A DNA stretch of 64,000 nucleotides from Spirochaetae bacterium HGW-Spirochaetae-1 (GCA_002839375.1 PGXY01000002.1:106764-170763), one strand, 5' to 3'; counted from the stretch's first letter, positions 1 to 9,906 are shown. Program-made: numbers and translations. The notes: a model not told the origin generated them from the sequence alone.

Positions 1-455
1 GCCCACCGGGCGATTTCATCCGTGGTGCGCCGGGTGTCAACGGCATTTCCCGAAGCCAGTGTGTAGGCGAATTTCTCGATATCGCCCGTGATGGCCAGGG
101 AGTTGTTCCCGGGATGCTGGAAAACGGAACTGATGAGCCCGCCCACGGCAAAGTTCAGGCGGCTGTTAGTTTCAATTATTTTTTTCAGTTCCGCCATCGT
201 CCCGATGTGGGAACCCAGGTATCTGCCAGGAACAACGGCACCACCCACGAGAAATACATGTTCATACGCGGCCGCTATCCTGAAACCTTCAGCTCTGAGC
301 CGGTCAATAGTTGCATAATCAATTCGCCCGGGCGGAATTCCGGCATCCATGAGAGCGCCGTAAATATAACGCGGGTAGGGTGAAATAAAGGGAGGGACCC
401 CGAAACAGGCAGGTTCATCGACATAGCAGTCAAGTATGAGAAACCGGCCCGTCAT
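1..455 (-). CDS. Radical SAM protein of the archaeal-type COG1031-like family, N-terminal part only (runs off the window edge; absent from the ORF track)
   Basis: Manual translation from ATG at 455 gives MTGRFLILDCYVDEPACFGVPPFISPYPRYIYGALMDAG..., open to base 1. The D-x-Y-x-DEP-x-x-x-GVPP-x-I-x-x-YPRY N-terminus is characteristic of this family. The start overlaps the HD gene stop (ATGA). The CxxxCxxC motif would lie outside the window. Confidence 0.75.
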   Translation of the reverse strand, partial: MTGRFLILDCYVDEPACFGVPPFISPYPRYIYGALMDAGIPPGRIDYATIDRLRAEGFRIAAAYEHVFLVGGAVVPGRYLGSHIGTMAELKKIIETNSRLNFAVGGLISSVFQHPGNNSLAITGDIEKFAYTLASGNAVDTRRTTDEIARW

Positions 456-1012
456 AGCTTCGTGAGCACAGTATCAAGATCGACTGTCATGCAGTCCCGA
501 ATTTTTGTTTCAATCTGGAGGACGAAATGTTTATTTTCCCTGATGAGAGACTTGACCTTGTCGTTTACCCCGTAACGGTGAACCAGATCTTCGACACGAT
601 CGTCGAGAGTGACCACCGTGTCATGCATCACGCGTTTATCGGCATAAAACACAATTTCCCTCTCCTCCAGGGGGCCCCGGGCATTGAAGTCCTGGAATAC
701 GACGTGGGACTCGCATATCTCTGCCAGGGAGTCAAGATTCATTTTCCGGAGCATCTCGCCGCCGATAAGATCATGGCGCAGTTCCCTGGTTTTGATAGTT
801 CGTGTTTTCGCGATATCGTGGAGAAGTGATCCGCTGATGACCATGCTCCTGTTTATTTTGACATCATCCTTCAGATGATCCATTATGGCGCAGGCGACAT
901 TTTTTACCTGGATGGAATGTTCGACTATATTGGGGAGCATTTCATACTCCTCCATTATTCTCATGCATTCACTTTCGCTGGGCAGTGATAGTTCTTTATT
1001 CATTATATTCAT
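452..1012 (-). CDS. HD (HDIG) domain phosphohydrolase
   Basis: Motifs VEHSIQV, LLHDIAK, HDLIGGEML, CESH and YADKRV are the typical HD-domain metal-ligand pattern. Confidence 0.85.
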   Translation of the reverse strand: MNIMNKELSLPSESECMRIMEEYEMLPNIVEHSIQVKNVACAIMDHLKDDVKINRSMVISGSLLHDIAKTRTIKTRELRHDLIGGEMLRKMNLDSLAEICESHVVFQDFNARGPLEEREIVFYADKRVMHDTVVTLDDRVEDLVHRYGVNDKVKSLIRENKHFVLQIETKIRDCMTVDLDTVLTKL

Positions 1013-1268
1013 CGATCACATTGGTTTTCTTTTTTTATCAGGGATTCAGTATCCTGTCGTCCATGCCCTGCAAACAATTCTCAATGATACAGTTTTATTA
1101 TCATCCTAAATCTTCAAGTAAAAAATGGTCTGAATATGGTCCGGAAATCAATGAATAAGCATATTGATGGACAAATAAGAATTATATGTTGACTTTTAAA
1201 GCCTCATTTTTTGACACTAGATAACAATAAATACTTTATAGAGAATATAACTATTAAATACTGTCAGG

Positions 1269-3071
1269 GTGGTGTTTATGGATAACCAACATTTAGCTTC
1301 AATGATTCGGAAAAGTATTGAAATGCACAGTGAAAGGACTGCCTTGCGGGCCAAGGTGGACGGAGTCTGGCAATCGACTTCCTACAGGGAACTGGGGCAG
1401 AAAATTGATGCCATGGCAGGCGCTCTTCTCGGCCTGAATGTGAAGGAAGGAGAGATGGTGGGGATATTTTCCGGGAATAAACCCCAGTGGCCTGTATGTG
1501 ATTTCGCTATTTTAAGCATCCGCGGCGTCACGGTTCCCATATATGGAACCAACACGGCAAAACAGGCCGAGTATATAATCGATGACGCGTCTATCAGGAT
1601 ATGTTTTGCCGGTGACCAGGTGCAGTACGATAAACTGAAGTTCGTCATAAAGAAATCGAAAACCTTGAATAAAATCATCGCCATGGATGATAAAATAAAT
1701 ATAAGCGATGATGATTCCCTGTATTTCAGCGATCTCCTTAAAAAGGGAATGGAAAATCCCCGGACCGGCGATATCAGGGCCCTTCTGGAAGCGGCAACCT
1801 CCGATGACCTGGCAACACTGATCTATACATCGGGAACCACGGGTGATCCCAAGGGGGTCATGCTGGCGCACTCCAATTTTGCTCACCAGCTCAGGGCCGT
1901 AGATGCCGGTTTCAATATCACCGAGAAAGAACGGTCACTCTGTTTTCTCCCCCTGAGTCATGTCTATGAAAGAAGCTGGTCCTATGTGGTGTTTTCCCAC
2001 GGCGGCGAGAACAATTACCTGGAGGATACGAAGAAGATACTGGAATATCTCAGCGAGGTCAGGCCCACTGCCATGGTAAGTGTTCCCAGGCTGTATGAAA
2101 AAATTTATTCCACAGTCCATGACCGTCTCGAGAAGGGATCGGCGTTTAAACGGGCCCTTTTTCACTGGTCCTTCAACGCGGGGCAGAAATATGCCAACAG
2201 GAAGAAGGATAAAAAATTTGTGGGACCCATACTGGGCATCAAGCATGCTATCGCTGATAAACTGGTTTTAAGTAAAATGAGAGATGTGGTGGGCGGACCC
2301 AAGAACTTTTTTTCAGCCGGAGGGGCACCACTGGCAAAAGAGATCGAAGAGTTCTTTTTTGCCGCCGGCCTGCTGGTGGTCCAGGGATATGGTCTCTCCG
2401 AGACATCGCCTCTTATATCATTCAATGCACCGGCCCATTTCAAGTTCGGTACCGTGGGACGTATCGTGAGCGAGGTGCAGGTCCGCATAGACGACGAAAC
2501 CGGAGAGATCCAGGTGAAGGGACCCAATGTGATGAAAGGGTATTACAACAAACCCGAAGATACAAAAGAAGCCTTTACGGCCGATGGATATATGAAAACC
2601 GGCGATGTGGGAATCATTGACCGGGATGGATATCTCCGGATAACCGACAGGATCAAGGATCTCATCATAACATCGGGAGGCAAGAACATCGCTCCCCTTC
2701 ACATTGAGACACTGGTGGGCATGGACCATTACATCGAGCAGATCTGCACCATTGGGGATAAAAGAAAATATGTAAGCGCTCTCATCATTCCCAACTTCCC
2801 GGCCCTTGAGGATTATGCGAAGGAAAAGGGCATAACCTATACGTCGCGGGAGGACCTGGTGAAGAACGATCAGGTCATACTTTTTTACAAGGATAGAATT
2901 GACGCCAATTCCCGGGAGCTGGCGCAGTATGAAAAGATAAAGGCCTTTACCATCCTGGCGAAGGAATTTACCCAGGATGGCGGGGAACTCACACCGACAC
3001 AGAAAATCAAACGCAAGGTCGTTATGGAGAAATACCGCGATCTCGTCGAGAAAATGTATCCTGCAGAATAG
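1269..3071 (+). CDS. fadD: Long-chain fatty acid-CoA ligase (AMP-dependent synthetase, FadD15-like)
   Basis: AMP-binding motif IYTSGTTGDPKGVML, plus QGYGLSET, TGDVG, RIKDLIITSGGKNIAP and ELTPTQKIKR. The start may be ATG 1278. Confidence 0.92.
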   Translation: MVFMDNQHLASMIRKSIEMHSERTALRAKVDGVWQSTSYRELGQKIDAMAGALLGLNVKEGEMVGIFSGNKPQWPVCDFAILSIRGVTVPIYGTNTAKQAEYIIDDASIRICFAGDQVQYDKLKFVIKKSKTLNKIIAMDDKINISDDDSLYFSDLLKKGMENPRTGDIRALLEAATSDDLATLIYTSGTTGDPKGVMLAHSNFAHQLRAVDAGFNITEKERSLCFLPLSHVYERSWSYVVFSHGGENNYLEDTKKILEYLSEVRPTAMVSVPRLYEKIYSTVHDRLEKGSAFKRALFHWSFNAGQKYANRKKDKKFVGPILGIKHAIADKLVLSKMRDVVGGPKNFFSAGGAPLAKEIEEFFFAAGLLVVQGYGLSETSPLISFNAPAHFKFGTVGRIVSEVQVRIDDETGEIQVKGPNVMKGYYNKPEDTKEAFTADGYMKTGDVGIIDRDGYLRITDRIKDLIITSGGKNIAPLHIETLVGMDHYIEQICTIGDKRKYVSALIIPNFPALEDYAKEKGITYTSREDLVKNDQVILFYKDRIDANSRELAQYEKIKAFTILAKEFTQDGGELTPTQKIKRKVVMEKYRDLVEKMYPAE

Positions 3072-3077
3072 GCTGGT

Positions 3078-3113
3078 GATGCCGTGAAGGCCCGCCCGGG
3101 TCTTTACGGCATC
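3078..3113 (+). terminator. Long stem-loop immediately after the fadD stop (terminator or 3' stabiliser)
   Basis: gatgccgtgaag (3078-3089) pairs with ctttacggcatc (3102-3113) with one G-U, plus an inner gccc/gggt stem. No clear U-tract follows. Confidence 0.5.
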
Positions 3114-3205
3114 CATTCATATATGGCTATAGATTTTCTGGACATACACACCTTTGAAATCTGCTCTATTCGCCCTGCAATGGAAAATTCGAACAAGACA
3201 AACAT

Positions 3206-3224
3206 CCCGCCGCGGCGGGTTTTA
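3206..3224 (+). terminator. Possible Rho-independent terminator
   Basis: cccgc-cgcg-gcggg followed by tttt. The stem is short. Confidence 0.35.
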
Positions 3225-3395
3225 TTATGTGTTTCTTCCAAAAAAAATTAAAAATAAAAAACTTTTTACCACAATTTTTTGACGATGCATGAATCTTTTA
3301 TTATATTCATCAGATTTATTTTTTGCATACGACATCAGTTTATCCGTGACTGGCTGCCAATGTGGTCACGATCCTGAGAGTAAAAGGAAAATATA

Positions 3396-4355
3396 ATGAA
3401 AGCGCAAGGCATCAAAATCATAATACTCATATGCGTCATGCTGGTTACACGGGAACAGCTTTATGCCGTTTCGGTTTTTCTGAATAACGGCAGCATCATT
3501 GAGGGGGCCATAGTGAAACGCACAGCCAGGGAAGTAGTTATCAAAAATGATACTATCGACCGGCTGACAATTGGCTCAGAAAAAATAAAACGAATAGTCA
3601 AATCCAATGGCTATAAGAAGAAGTACAGAATGTACAAAGTGAATGGCTCCTTCGTGGATGTCTATATCGTGGGCCAGACAAAAAGAAACTATGTCGTCAG
3701 GGATGACCTTGGTGATGCACGGGAATTTACCATAGCAAAAAAGTCCGTGCTCAGAAAGGTTCCCGCTCCGGAGAGGGAAAAACCGTCAGGGGCCACGGAT
3801 GTGAATGAACTTATACTGGTTGGCCAGGGCCAGACATGGGATTCGCTATATGTCGGTCTCGGAGGTGCTTATGCAGTTTCTCCTGGCCTTCTGGGGAAGA
3901 ATTTCAGGGATGGTTTTGGTCCCTCGGTAAAATTCTATAATTCCCCGGCCCGGGCCCTCCACTGGGGACTGGGATTCAGCGGCATATATTTCCGTACCGT
4001 GGATAAAACACAGCTGATCGAGGTGGGGAATATGCTTTTTAACTTCGATGCTACACTGGGTTATTCCATGGAGCTGGTAAAACGCCGTGTTGCCCTGACC
4101 TTTTACGGCGGAGCCGGTTATTCGCTTTTTATGCTGGGCTCTTACGGTGATCAGAAGTTCGATAGCGGCGGAGCATCAGTCGGCGGACTGTATGAATCAA
4201 GTTTTTACCACAGTCCTGCCGTGATTACGGGAATCCAGGTGCCCGTGCGGATTTTTCGCAGGACCAATGCCATGCCCTTTGTGGAGCATCGATGGTTTCC
4301 TGTATCAAAAACGTATCTCGGCCTTATCAATATCGGAATGACATTTAACTGGTAG
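3396..4355 (+). CDS. Exported protein with small N-terminal beta domains and a probable C-terminal outer-membrane beta-barrel
   Basis: Signal peptide; N-terminus VFLNNGSIIEGAIV resembles Leptospira-type small N-terminal domains; the C-terminal half has alternating aromatic beta-strands and ends GMTFNW. Confidence 0.6.
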   Translation: MKAQGIKIIILICVMLVTREQLYAVSVFLNNGSIIEGAIVKRTAREVVIKNDTIDRLTIGSEKIKRIVKSNGYKKKYRMYKVNGSFVDVYIVGQTKRNYVVRDDLGDAREFTIAKKSVLRKVPAPEREKPSGATDVNELILVGQGQTWDSLYVGLGGAYAVSPGLLGKNFRDGFGPSVKFYNSPARALHWGLGFSGIYFRTVDKTQLIEVGNMLFNFDATLGYSMELVKRRVALTFYGGAGYSLFMLGSYGDQKFDSGGASVGGLYESSFYHSPAVITGIQVPVRIFRRTNAMPFVEHRWFPVSKTYLGLINIGMTFNW

Positions 4356-4363
4356 GTAGAAAA

Positions 4364-4954
4364 ATGAAAACTAAAAAAATTATAAAATATTTTGTGATCA
4401 TCGCCATTACACTAACGGCTTTTTCCTGCTTCGACCTGGCTGATGACCTTGAGGATGCCGCTTCACGAGGGAAAATTACCAGTATAAACGGCCTGACATT
4501 GGAGGGAAACAGGGACGCATTGTATGATGATGTTAACAGCTACTACAGTGATGCTGCCAATGATTCCCGGTCGGCAACGGGGGGGATGGATATTGCAAAA
4601 TACTACCTCGCCCAGGATAATACCTATCTCTGGATATACGTTTCATTCAATGACGGGAATCCCGTGGCTCCCGGCAGCGGGATAAGCTGTTACTATATCG
4701 GATATATCAGTGCGGACGGTTACGGCGAGTATCAGCTCTGCGTCGATTATGACATTGATAGCGGTAGCTGGTCGGCCCGGCTTGACAATGTACTGGATCA
4801 AAGTAATATCAGCATTCCCGTATCGATTGGTGTAGGCGCTGGATTAGAACTAAGGATAAATAAGGCTGCGCTGCCTTTTAATATTTTTGAGTTCGATTTT
4901 TCCACGAATAACTATGATGATAACACGGCCATCAGGAAATACTGGTTTGACTGA
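4364..4954 (+). CDS. Hypothetical lipoprotein
   Basis: Basic N-terminus, hydrophobic stretch and lipobox TAFSC; acidic beta-rich mature part; 8 bp downstream of the preceding gene. Confidence 0.7.
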   Translation: MKTKKIIKYFVIIAITLTAFSCFDLADDLEDAASRGKITSINGLTLEGNRDALYDDVNSYYSDAANDSRSATGGMDIAKYYLAQDNTYLWIYVSFNDGNPVAPGSGISCYYIGYISADGYGEYQLCVDYDIDSGSWSARLDNVLDQSNISIPVSIGVGAGLELRINKAALPFNIFEFDFSTNNYDDNTAIRKYWFD

Positions 4955-4974
4955 CGAATCCCCGTCAAACCGGG

Positions 4975-5568
4975 TCATTTCATGAACCCCTTGATACCGG
5001 TCATGACCATTTCCGCGGCCAGCGCGGCAAGGACAAGGCCGGTAATTTTGCTCAGTATCACGAGCCCTCTTCTTTTCAGTATCTTTTCAATGTAGCCGCT
5101 TATATACAGGAGCAGTCCCACGCAGAAAATGGCCGTGAGAACGGCCGAGATGCCCGTTACGCGGTGAATGAAATCGGGCAGATCGCCGCCCATGACCAGA
5201 AGTGCCCCCGTGGTTGCCGGGCCGATGGCCACGGGTATGGCCAGGGGCACAACTGCAATGTCCTGATCGGGATCTTCCGCCTCGGGGATATCACTGCCCT
5301 GTACCAGGTCCTTTGCCGAGAGGAAAAGCAGAATGCCCGTGCCTATCCTGAAGGAATTGAGTGTTATGCCGAAGACCATGAATATCTGGTTTCCCAGGAG
5401 AAGAAGTATGATGCTGATGATGATAAGTGAAAAGGCCACCTTGAAGGCGATTTTCTTCCTCATGTGATAGTTCATGTCCCTTGTCATGGACAGAAACGTG
5501 GACAGCAGGAAAAATGGTGTCAGGAGAAAAAAGAATTTTATGAATGTATGTATAAAGAGAGTTATCAT
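4975..5568 (-). CDS. marC: MarC family integral membrane protein
   Basis: FRIGTGILLF, AVVPLAIPVAIGPA and SKITGLVLAALAAEMVMTGI with about six TM helices. Confidence 0.88.
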   Translation of the reverse strand: MITLFIHTFIKFFFLLTPFFLLSTFLSMTRDMNYHMRKKIAFKVAFSLIIISIILLLLGNQIFMVFGITLNSFRIGTGILLFLSAKDLVQGSDIPEAEDPDQDIAVVPLAIPVAIGPATTGALLVMGGDLPDFIHRVTGISAVLTAIFCVGLLLYISGYIEKILKRRGLVILSKITGLVLAALAAEMVMTGIKGFMK

Positions 5569-5577
5569 GTACAGGTC

Positions 5578-6387
5578 CTATTTTTTAATCGGCATGTTGC
5601 TTACTTCGGATATGCAGGTGTCATTATATTTTGTCCCCCGGTATACGGAAAGAATCTCCAGGGCGATGAGTGTGCTGTCCTCTTGTTTTATTACAGGCTC
5701 CCCATGTTCGCTGACGCTGCTGAAGGACATCCGTTTATGAGCCGGCAGAGGCAGGGGCTGCCAGCCGTTAATATCCTTCAGTTCTACCTCATGCGAGGCG
5801 AGGACGGTAATATTTTTATACTCGATGGCTTCAGCATACTGGCCGATGATCATTTTTGCCTCACGGGCCTGCATCACCGTCACCCTGATTTTCTGCGGGC
5901 GGTTGTTTGCCATGTACAGTTTGTCATTGGCTCCCAGTCCGCTCCAGATACGTACGGGTCGCGAAATATCAGCCTTGATAATGAGGATTTCTCCGACCCC
6001 TTCGTCTTTTTTCCCCTCGCACCAGGCTGTTGCAGTGTTGCCGTCCATAGCGCTCCATACGCTGTACATGCATGACCACTTCTCATGGGCCATCTCATAA
6101 TCGTTCAGCCGATCAGGGGCATCTTCGCCGGTGTCGGGAGGAACATCAGGACCCTTGCCCGTAGCCTTGAGGTATGACGTGCTCCAGTCGCAGACATAGG
6201 TTCCCAGGTGCCAGCTTCCCCACCACGTTAGTTCCGGAATAATGCCTTTTTTAATCAGGGACGGCAGTGCTGTATTGCCTTCCTTTGTGCAGAGTGAAGC
6301 CTCGTAGACCTGGGAATGGATGTCGCCGGTAAATAGAATAATAAGCGCCAGTATGAATAGAGATGGCAGAGACAGGTGTTTTCTCAT
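5578..6387 (-). CDS. Secreted protein with a NADase-type glycan-binding (discoidin-like) domain
   Basis: Signal peptide; AMDGNTATAWCEGKKDEGVGE, NNRPQKI and ILSVYRGTKYNDTCISEV match this beta-sandwich family. Confidence 0.7.
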   Translation of the reverse strand: MRKHLSLPSLFILALIILFTGDIHSQVYEASLCTKEGNTALPSLIKKGIIPELTWWGSWHLGTYVCDWSTSYLKATGKGPDVPPDTGEDAPDRLNDYEMAHEKWSCMYSVWSAMDGNTATAWCEGKKDEGVGEILIIKADISRPVRIWSGLGANDKLYMANNRPQKIRVTVMQAREAKMIIGQYAEAIEYKNITVLASHEVELKDINGWQPLPLPAHKRMSFSSVSEHGEPVIKQEDSTLIALEILSVYRGTKYNDTCISEVSNMPIKK

Positions 6388-6504
6388 ATTTGATACCTCC
6401 AGGTTCCGGGGCTGCTATGATTTAGGGGAATGATGAATAGCGTATCTTTGGACGGGGGATTTGTCAAACGATAAAATGGGATTGGTCAGGAATGAAGAGG
6501 AGGA

Positions 6505-7077
6505 TTATTTCAGGAGTGCATTTCTTATTTCCTGTATTGAATAGCCATTGATTGAGCCTTCCCAGCAATCAAGATAAAGGAGGCAGGAAGAATCAACTTC
6601 GTAATGAAGATCCAGGGAAAGCGTGCCTTCTATATCCCCCTCAATCTGCAGGGTGCCGGTAAAATCAAAGCTTGATACGGAACCCTGGAGACCAGATAAC
6701 CGGGCATGAATGGTTCCATCGAAGACCGTACCGTCATCCGAAGCGGAACAATTATCCAGGGTGAGTGTGATGGATGCGTCCCAGGTCGTGCCGGTGTAGG
6801 GGACGAAGGAATCACCGGTCATGGTCAGGCATGTTGAGGAGGAGTCTGCTTCGATGGACATTCCTGAAACTGTGTCGATTGTTTCAGGTGCGATGGTAAG
6901 GGCCCCGTTATCGGAATTGAAATTCATGAGAACGAATTCGGTGAAAACATCGGCCGTATCTTCAACGCTCAGCCTCGCATGGGAATCCATGCCGTTGATC
7001 AGGTCCTCGCACCCTGTGATGGCAAGGGCTGATATGATGAGTACTGTAAAAAAACATATCCTTTTCATATTTTGCAT
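6505..7077 (-). CDS. Hypothetical lipoprotein (paralog of 7186-7887)
   Basis: Lipobox AITGC; C-terminus CLLYLDCWEGSINGYSIQEI. The likely start is ATG 7068, which has an AAGGA RBS. Confidence 0.7.
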   Translation of the reverse strand: MQNMKRICFFTVLIISALAITGCEDLINGMDSHARLSVEDTADVFTEFVLMNFNSDNGALTIAPETIDTVSGMSIEADSSSTCLTMTGDSFVPYTGTTWDASITLTLDNCSASDDGTVFDGTIHARLSGLQGSVSSFDFTGTLQIEGDIEGTLSLDLHYEVDSSCLLYLDCWEGSINGYSIQEIRNALLK

Positions 7078-7093
7078 CCTTAATTCTGAGAAT

Positions 7094-7147
7094 AAAAAAA
7101 AGTGCTGTCATGCCATTACTTGGGGGGTAATGTACGCATGACAGCAC
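7094..7147 (-). terminator. Rho-independent terminator between the tandem lipoprotein genes
   Basis: Perfect 12-bp inverted repeat gtgctgtcatgc (7102-7113) / gcatgacagcac (7136-7147) plus inner cattac/gtaatg, followed on the minus strand by 8 T (7094-7101). Confidence 0.75.
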
Positions 7148-7185
7148 GTTTATGCAAGAATAAATTGCAATAATAGCCTCGTATT

Positions 7186-7887
7186 TTAATAAAGATCCTG
7201 AATTGTAATGCCGTTGATTGTGCCTTCCCAGTCGACACAGTCCCAGGTCTTGAGACATTCTTCCAGGTTGTAGACGATGTCGATATCGAATTCCTCGCCG
7301 GGAACCGCCGTTACATTAAATGTGCCTGTTACATGGACCTGGTAAACGATGCCGATGCGCGAGCCCGATATTTCCGTAAGGAAATTTCCGTCGATAGAAG
7401 GACAGTTGGTGAAGGAACTCTGTACGGTAAGGGTCCACCAGTCGGAATTGAAGAGATCATATGCGGACTGAATGACCTGCAGGTCGAAATTTACGCCCGT
7501 GGACCAGGTCACACAGCCGAATGTTCCGTTCAGTGATGTATTGTCCAGCAGGGTCCAGGGATTAAGAACGGCATTGCGAATGAGCTGCATAAGGGCATCC
7601 ACTGATCCCTGGGTAGCGCCGCTGAGACCCAGGTCTACGATATCCTTTATGGGGTTCTCTACCCAGAAAGCGCTGCCCTGTTCATTGAGCGTATCGACGA
7701 TGCACCGGTTGGTATTGTAGTAATAGGTCTGGGCGAATTCCTGCCCTGAGGTCCTGAAGGCATCATCGAATATGAGAAGAGCCGTGCGGGCCTGTCCCTC
7801 ATCGCTGCTGACGGCGTCGCTGAAGCAGCCCGTTGAAGAAAGAAGAGGGAGAAAGCTGAGTATCAGAAGAAAATTTTTAAATCTCAT
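7186..7887 (-). CDS. Hypothetical lipoprotein (paralog of 6505-7077)
   Basis: Lipobox SSTGC; C-terminus CLKTWDCVDWEGTINGITIQDL. Confidence 0.7.
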   Translation of the reverse strand: MRFKNFLLILSFLPLLSSTGCFSDAVSSDEGQARTALLIFDDAFRTSGQEFAQTYYYNTNRCIVDTLNEQGSAFWVENPIKDIVDLGLSGATQGSVDALMQLIRNAVLNPWTLLDNTSLNGTFGCVTWSTGVNFDLQVIQSAYDLFNSDWWTLTVQSSFTNCPSIDGNFLTEISGSRIGIVYQVHVTGTFNVTAVPGEEFDIDIVYNLEECLKTWDCVDWEGTINGITIQDLY

Positions 7888-8069
7888 GGTATTTCTCCAT
7901 TGATATATGGTTTTGTATGTAGTATCGATTCGCAGGTTATATGGTTTACTATATTCCCTGCTTTCACAAACTAAGAATGGGGAAAGTGCAAAAACGAGGA
8001 AAAAAAATGAGGGGTTTATATTTTTTTTCTGAGCAGGGGGGCTGCACCCCCTGTCATCGATTATTCAGG

Positions 8070-9167
8070 TTACTGGCGGGGACCGGACCAGTCCAGGCGG
8101 TATCTGATGCCAGCCTGGAAAAGCAGGGTATGTACAGGCCCGGAAGATTCAAGCAGCATGCCATAGGTTATGGCCGTTTCAGCGTAAAGTCCTTCATAGA
8201 CATGGTAGCCTAAAACCAGTTCTGAGCCCAGGGCCGGGTCCAGGGCATGCCTGACGGAATTATCATCCATGTCGAATCCGTGACCATAGGCATGGTAGAA
8301 ACGCAGATAGGCGGCTCCCAGGGAAATCCGGGGAATCACATAAAAATGCCGGTAAAAAGGGATATGATATCCGGCAGAGAACAGGAAGGGGAACATATAG
8401 AACCTGTCCGAATCATTGTCTCTTCCATGGGAAATAAAGAAACCCGTGTCAAATCCCAGTATCAGTTCCGGGGGAAGATTTACCACGGCCAGTTGTATGT
8501 CCGAGAGGGTTATTCCGGCTTGCAGGCCGACGCCGGTCCTTACCAGATCATGGAGTTTTCCCAGGGGCTGGAATATGCTGAAGTATGCGTGTGTATCAAT
8601 GGCACATGAGTGTTTTTTTACAGTTTTCGTCTTTCTGCCGTTGCCGGCTGTTTTTTTGCTGTGCTTCCGAATGTCCGCAATAATTTTTTCCGTCAGTGTA
8701 TTAACGGTTTTTCTTGTTTTTTTGATATTTGCGTATGATTCATTATATTCCGATATTATTTTTTCATCGGTAACGCTCAGTACCCGCATGGTAATGGTAT
8801 AAGGGCGGTTTCCCGATACGGTGCCGTAAACAACATACCGGGCCGACAGGGAACGCCCGGCCAGTACCGCACAGGAACTGTCATTACACCCGTATTCCCG
8901 CAGTTCCTTCAGGTCTTCCTTGGCATTGATCTGTTCACGTTCCAGAACGAACATGTCTTTTTCGCCGTGCAGCTTCATTTCCACATAATTTCTCACCATG
9001 TTGCTGTAGGACTGCGGGGCTTTTACGGGATTGAACTGGAGGACTGCAACGCGTTTTTTTTCTGCTGCATGGGCATGCATGGATATGAGACATGTGAGGC
9101 AAAGGATGGAAACTGCCGTGCAGGAAATAAGCAGGTTCATTATGCGGTGATATGATAATCTTTTCAC
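8070..9167 (-). CDS. Outer-membrane protein: N-terminal CsgG/TolB_N/FlgO-like domain plus C-terminal beta-barrel
   Basis: Signal peptide, then RVAVLQF...VLEREQI...ARYVVYGTV...ITMRVLSV (CsgG-like alpha/beta pattern). The C-terminal strands end FQAGIRYRLDW. Confidence 0.62.
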   Translation of the reverse strand: MKRLSYHRIMNLLISCTAVSILCLTCLISMHAHAAEKKRVAVLQFNPVKAPQSYSNMVRNYVEMKLHGEKDMFVLEREQINAKEDLKELREYGCNDSSCAVLAGRSLSARYVVYGTVSGNRPYTITMRVLSVTDEKIISEYNESYANIKKTRKTVNTLTEKIIADIRKHSKKTAGNGRKTKTVKKHSCAIDTHAYFSIFQPLGKLHDLVRTGVGLQAGITLSDIQLAVVNLPPELILGFDTGFFISHGRDNDSDRFYMFPFLFSAGYHIPFYRHFYVIPRISLGAAYLRFYHAYGHGFDMDDNSVRHALDPALGSELVLGYHVYEGLYAETAITYGMLLESSGPVHTLLFQAGIRYRLDWSGPRQ

Positions 9168-9261
9168 TGGCAGGCTTTTATCATTAAATAATCTTCCAGC
9201 GGCAGATTACTCCTATATCAGTGTTTATGTCAAGATAAAGTGGAATTTTAAGGCGTTCCTG

Positions 9262-9906
9262 TTATTTGCCCTTTAATGGCGGAAGGCGCCGGCAGATGCG
9301 GTCTACGGCCCGGTCCAGGTCACTCAGAGAAGATATCTGTTCTTCCGTGATGAAGATCATCTGTGATGTCCTGGCGTTGATAATTTTGATAAAGATATGA
9401 ATCGATTCGTCGGGCTTTTCGATGCTGCCAAAGAGGGCCCAGGGTGTACCTTTGATTATGGTATTTTCGGCGATGCGGGAATAGGACGCGTTATGAAGCC
9501 TGTTCAGTTTTTCGTGAATTCTGGTCGCCACAAGCCTGCCTGTTTCCCTGCCAAGGCTGGAACTGGTGAAGGGTTTTATGGTAACTGTATATGACAGGGG
9601 GACCGCGGGAGTTTTGCTTCCGGAAGCACCGATGTATATGACTGTGACCACGGGTATACTTATCGCGAGAGCGGCAGTAATTTTAACAAAGGTCAGGGGG
9701 ATGCCGGTTTTTTTTACGAGGAAGTACAGGCCTGTAATGATGGCCGAGATGAGGGTGTACCGTGATGTTTTTTCCACCACCGATGAGTAGATAGGGCCCA
9801 TCCGGCGGGCCATACGCTCCTGTATTTCGCCGGTTACCGGCATGGCAAGGTTGTAATGACCCAGCAGTTGCTGCAATTTCTGTTTTTTAGGTTTTTTATT
9901 TCTCAT
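9262..9906 (-). CDS. Putative anti-sigma factor (membrane-anchored, periplasmic TolB_N/FlgO-like domain)
   Basis: Overlaps the ECF sigma stop by 4 bp; short N-terminal soluble part, hydrophobic segments, then TVTIKPF...ALFGSIEK...IFIKIINARTSQMIF. Confidence 0.55.
   Translation of the reverse strand: MRNKKPKKQKLQQLLGHYNLAMPVTGEIQERMARRMGPIYSSVVEKTSRYTLISAIITGLYFLVKKTGIPLTFVKITAALAISIPVVTVIYIGASGSKTPAVPLSYTVTIKPFTSSSLGRETGRLVATRIHEKLNRLHNASYSRIAENTIIKGTPWALFGSIEKPDESIHIFIKIINARTSQMIFITEEQISSLSDLDRAVDRICRRLPPLKGK

Noticed and set aside
8034-8053. caggggg-gctgca-ccccctg hairpin as an IS200/IS605 end
   Set aside because: Single copy with no tnpA/tnpB or partner end; more simply a 3' hairpin of the OMP gene.
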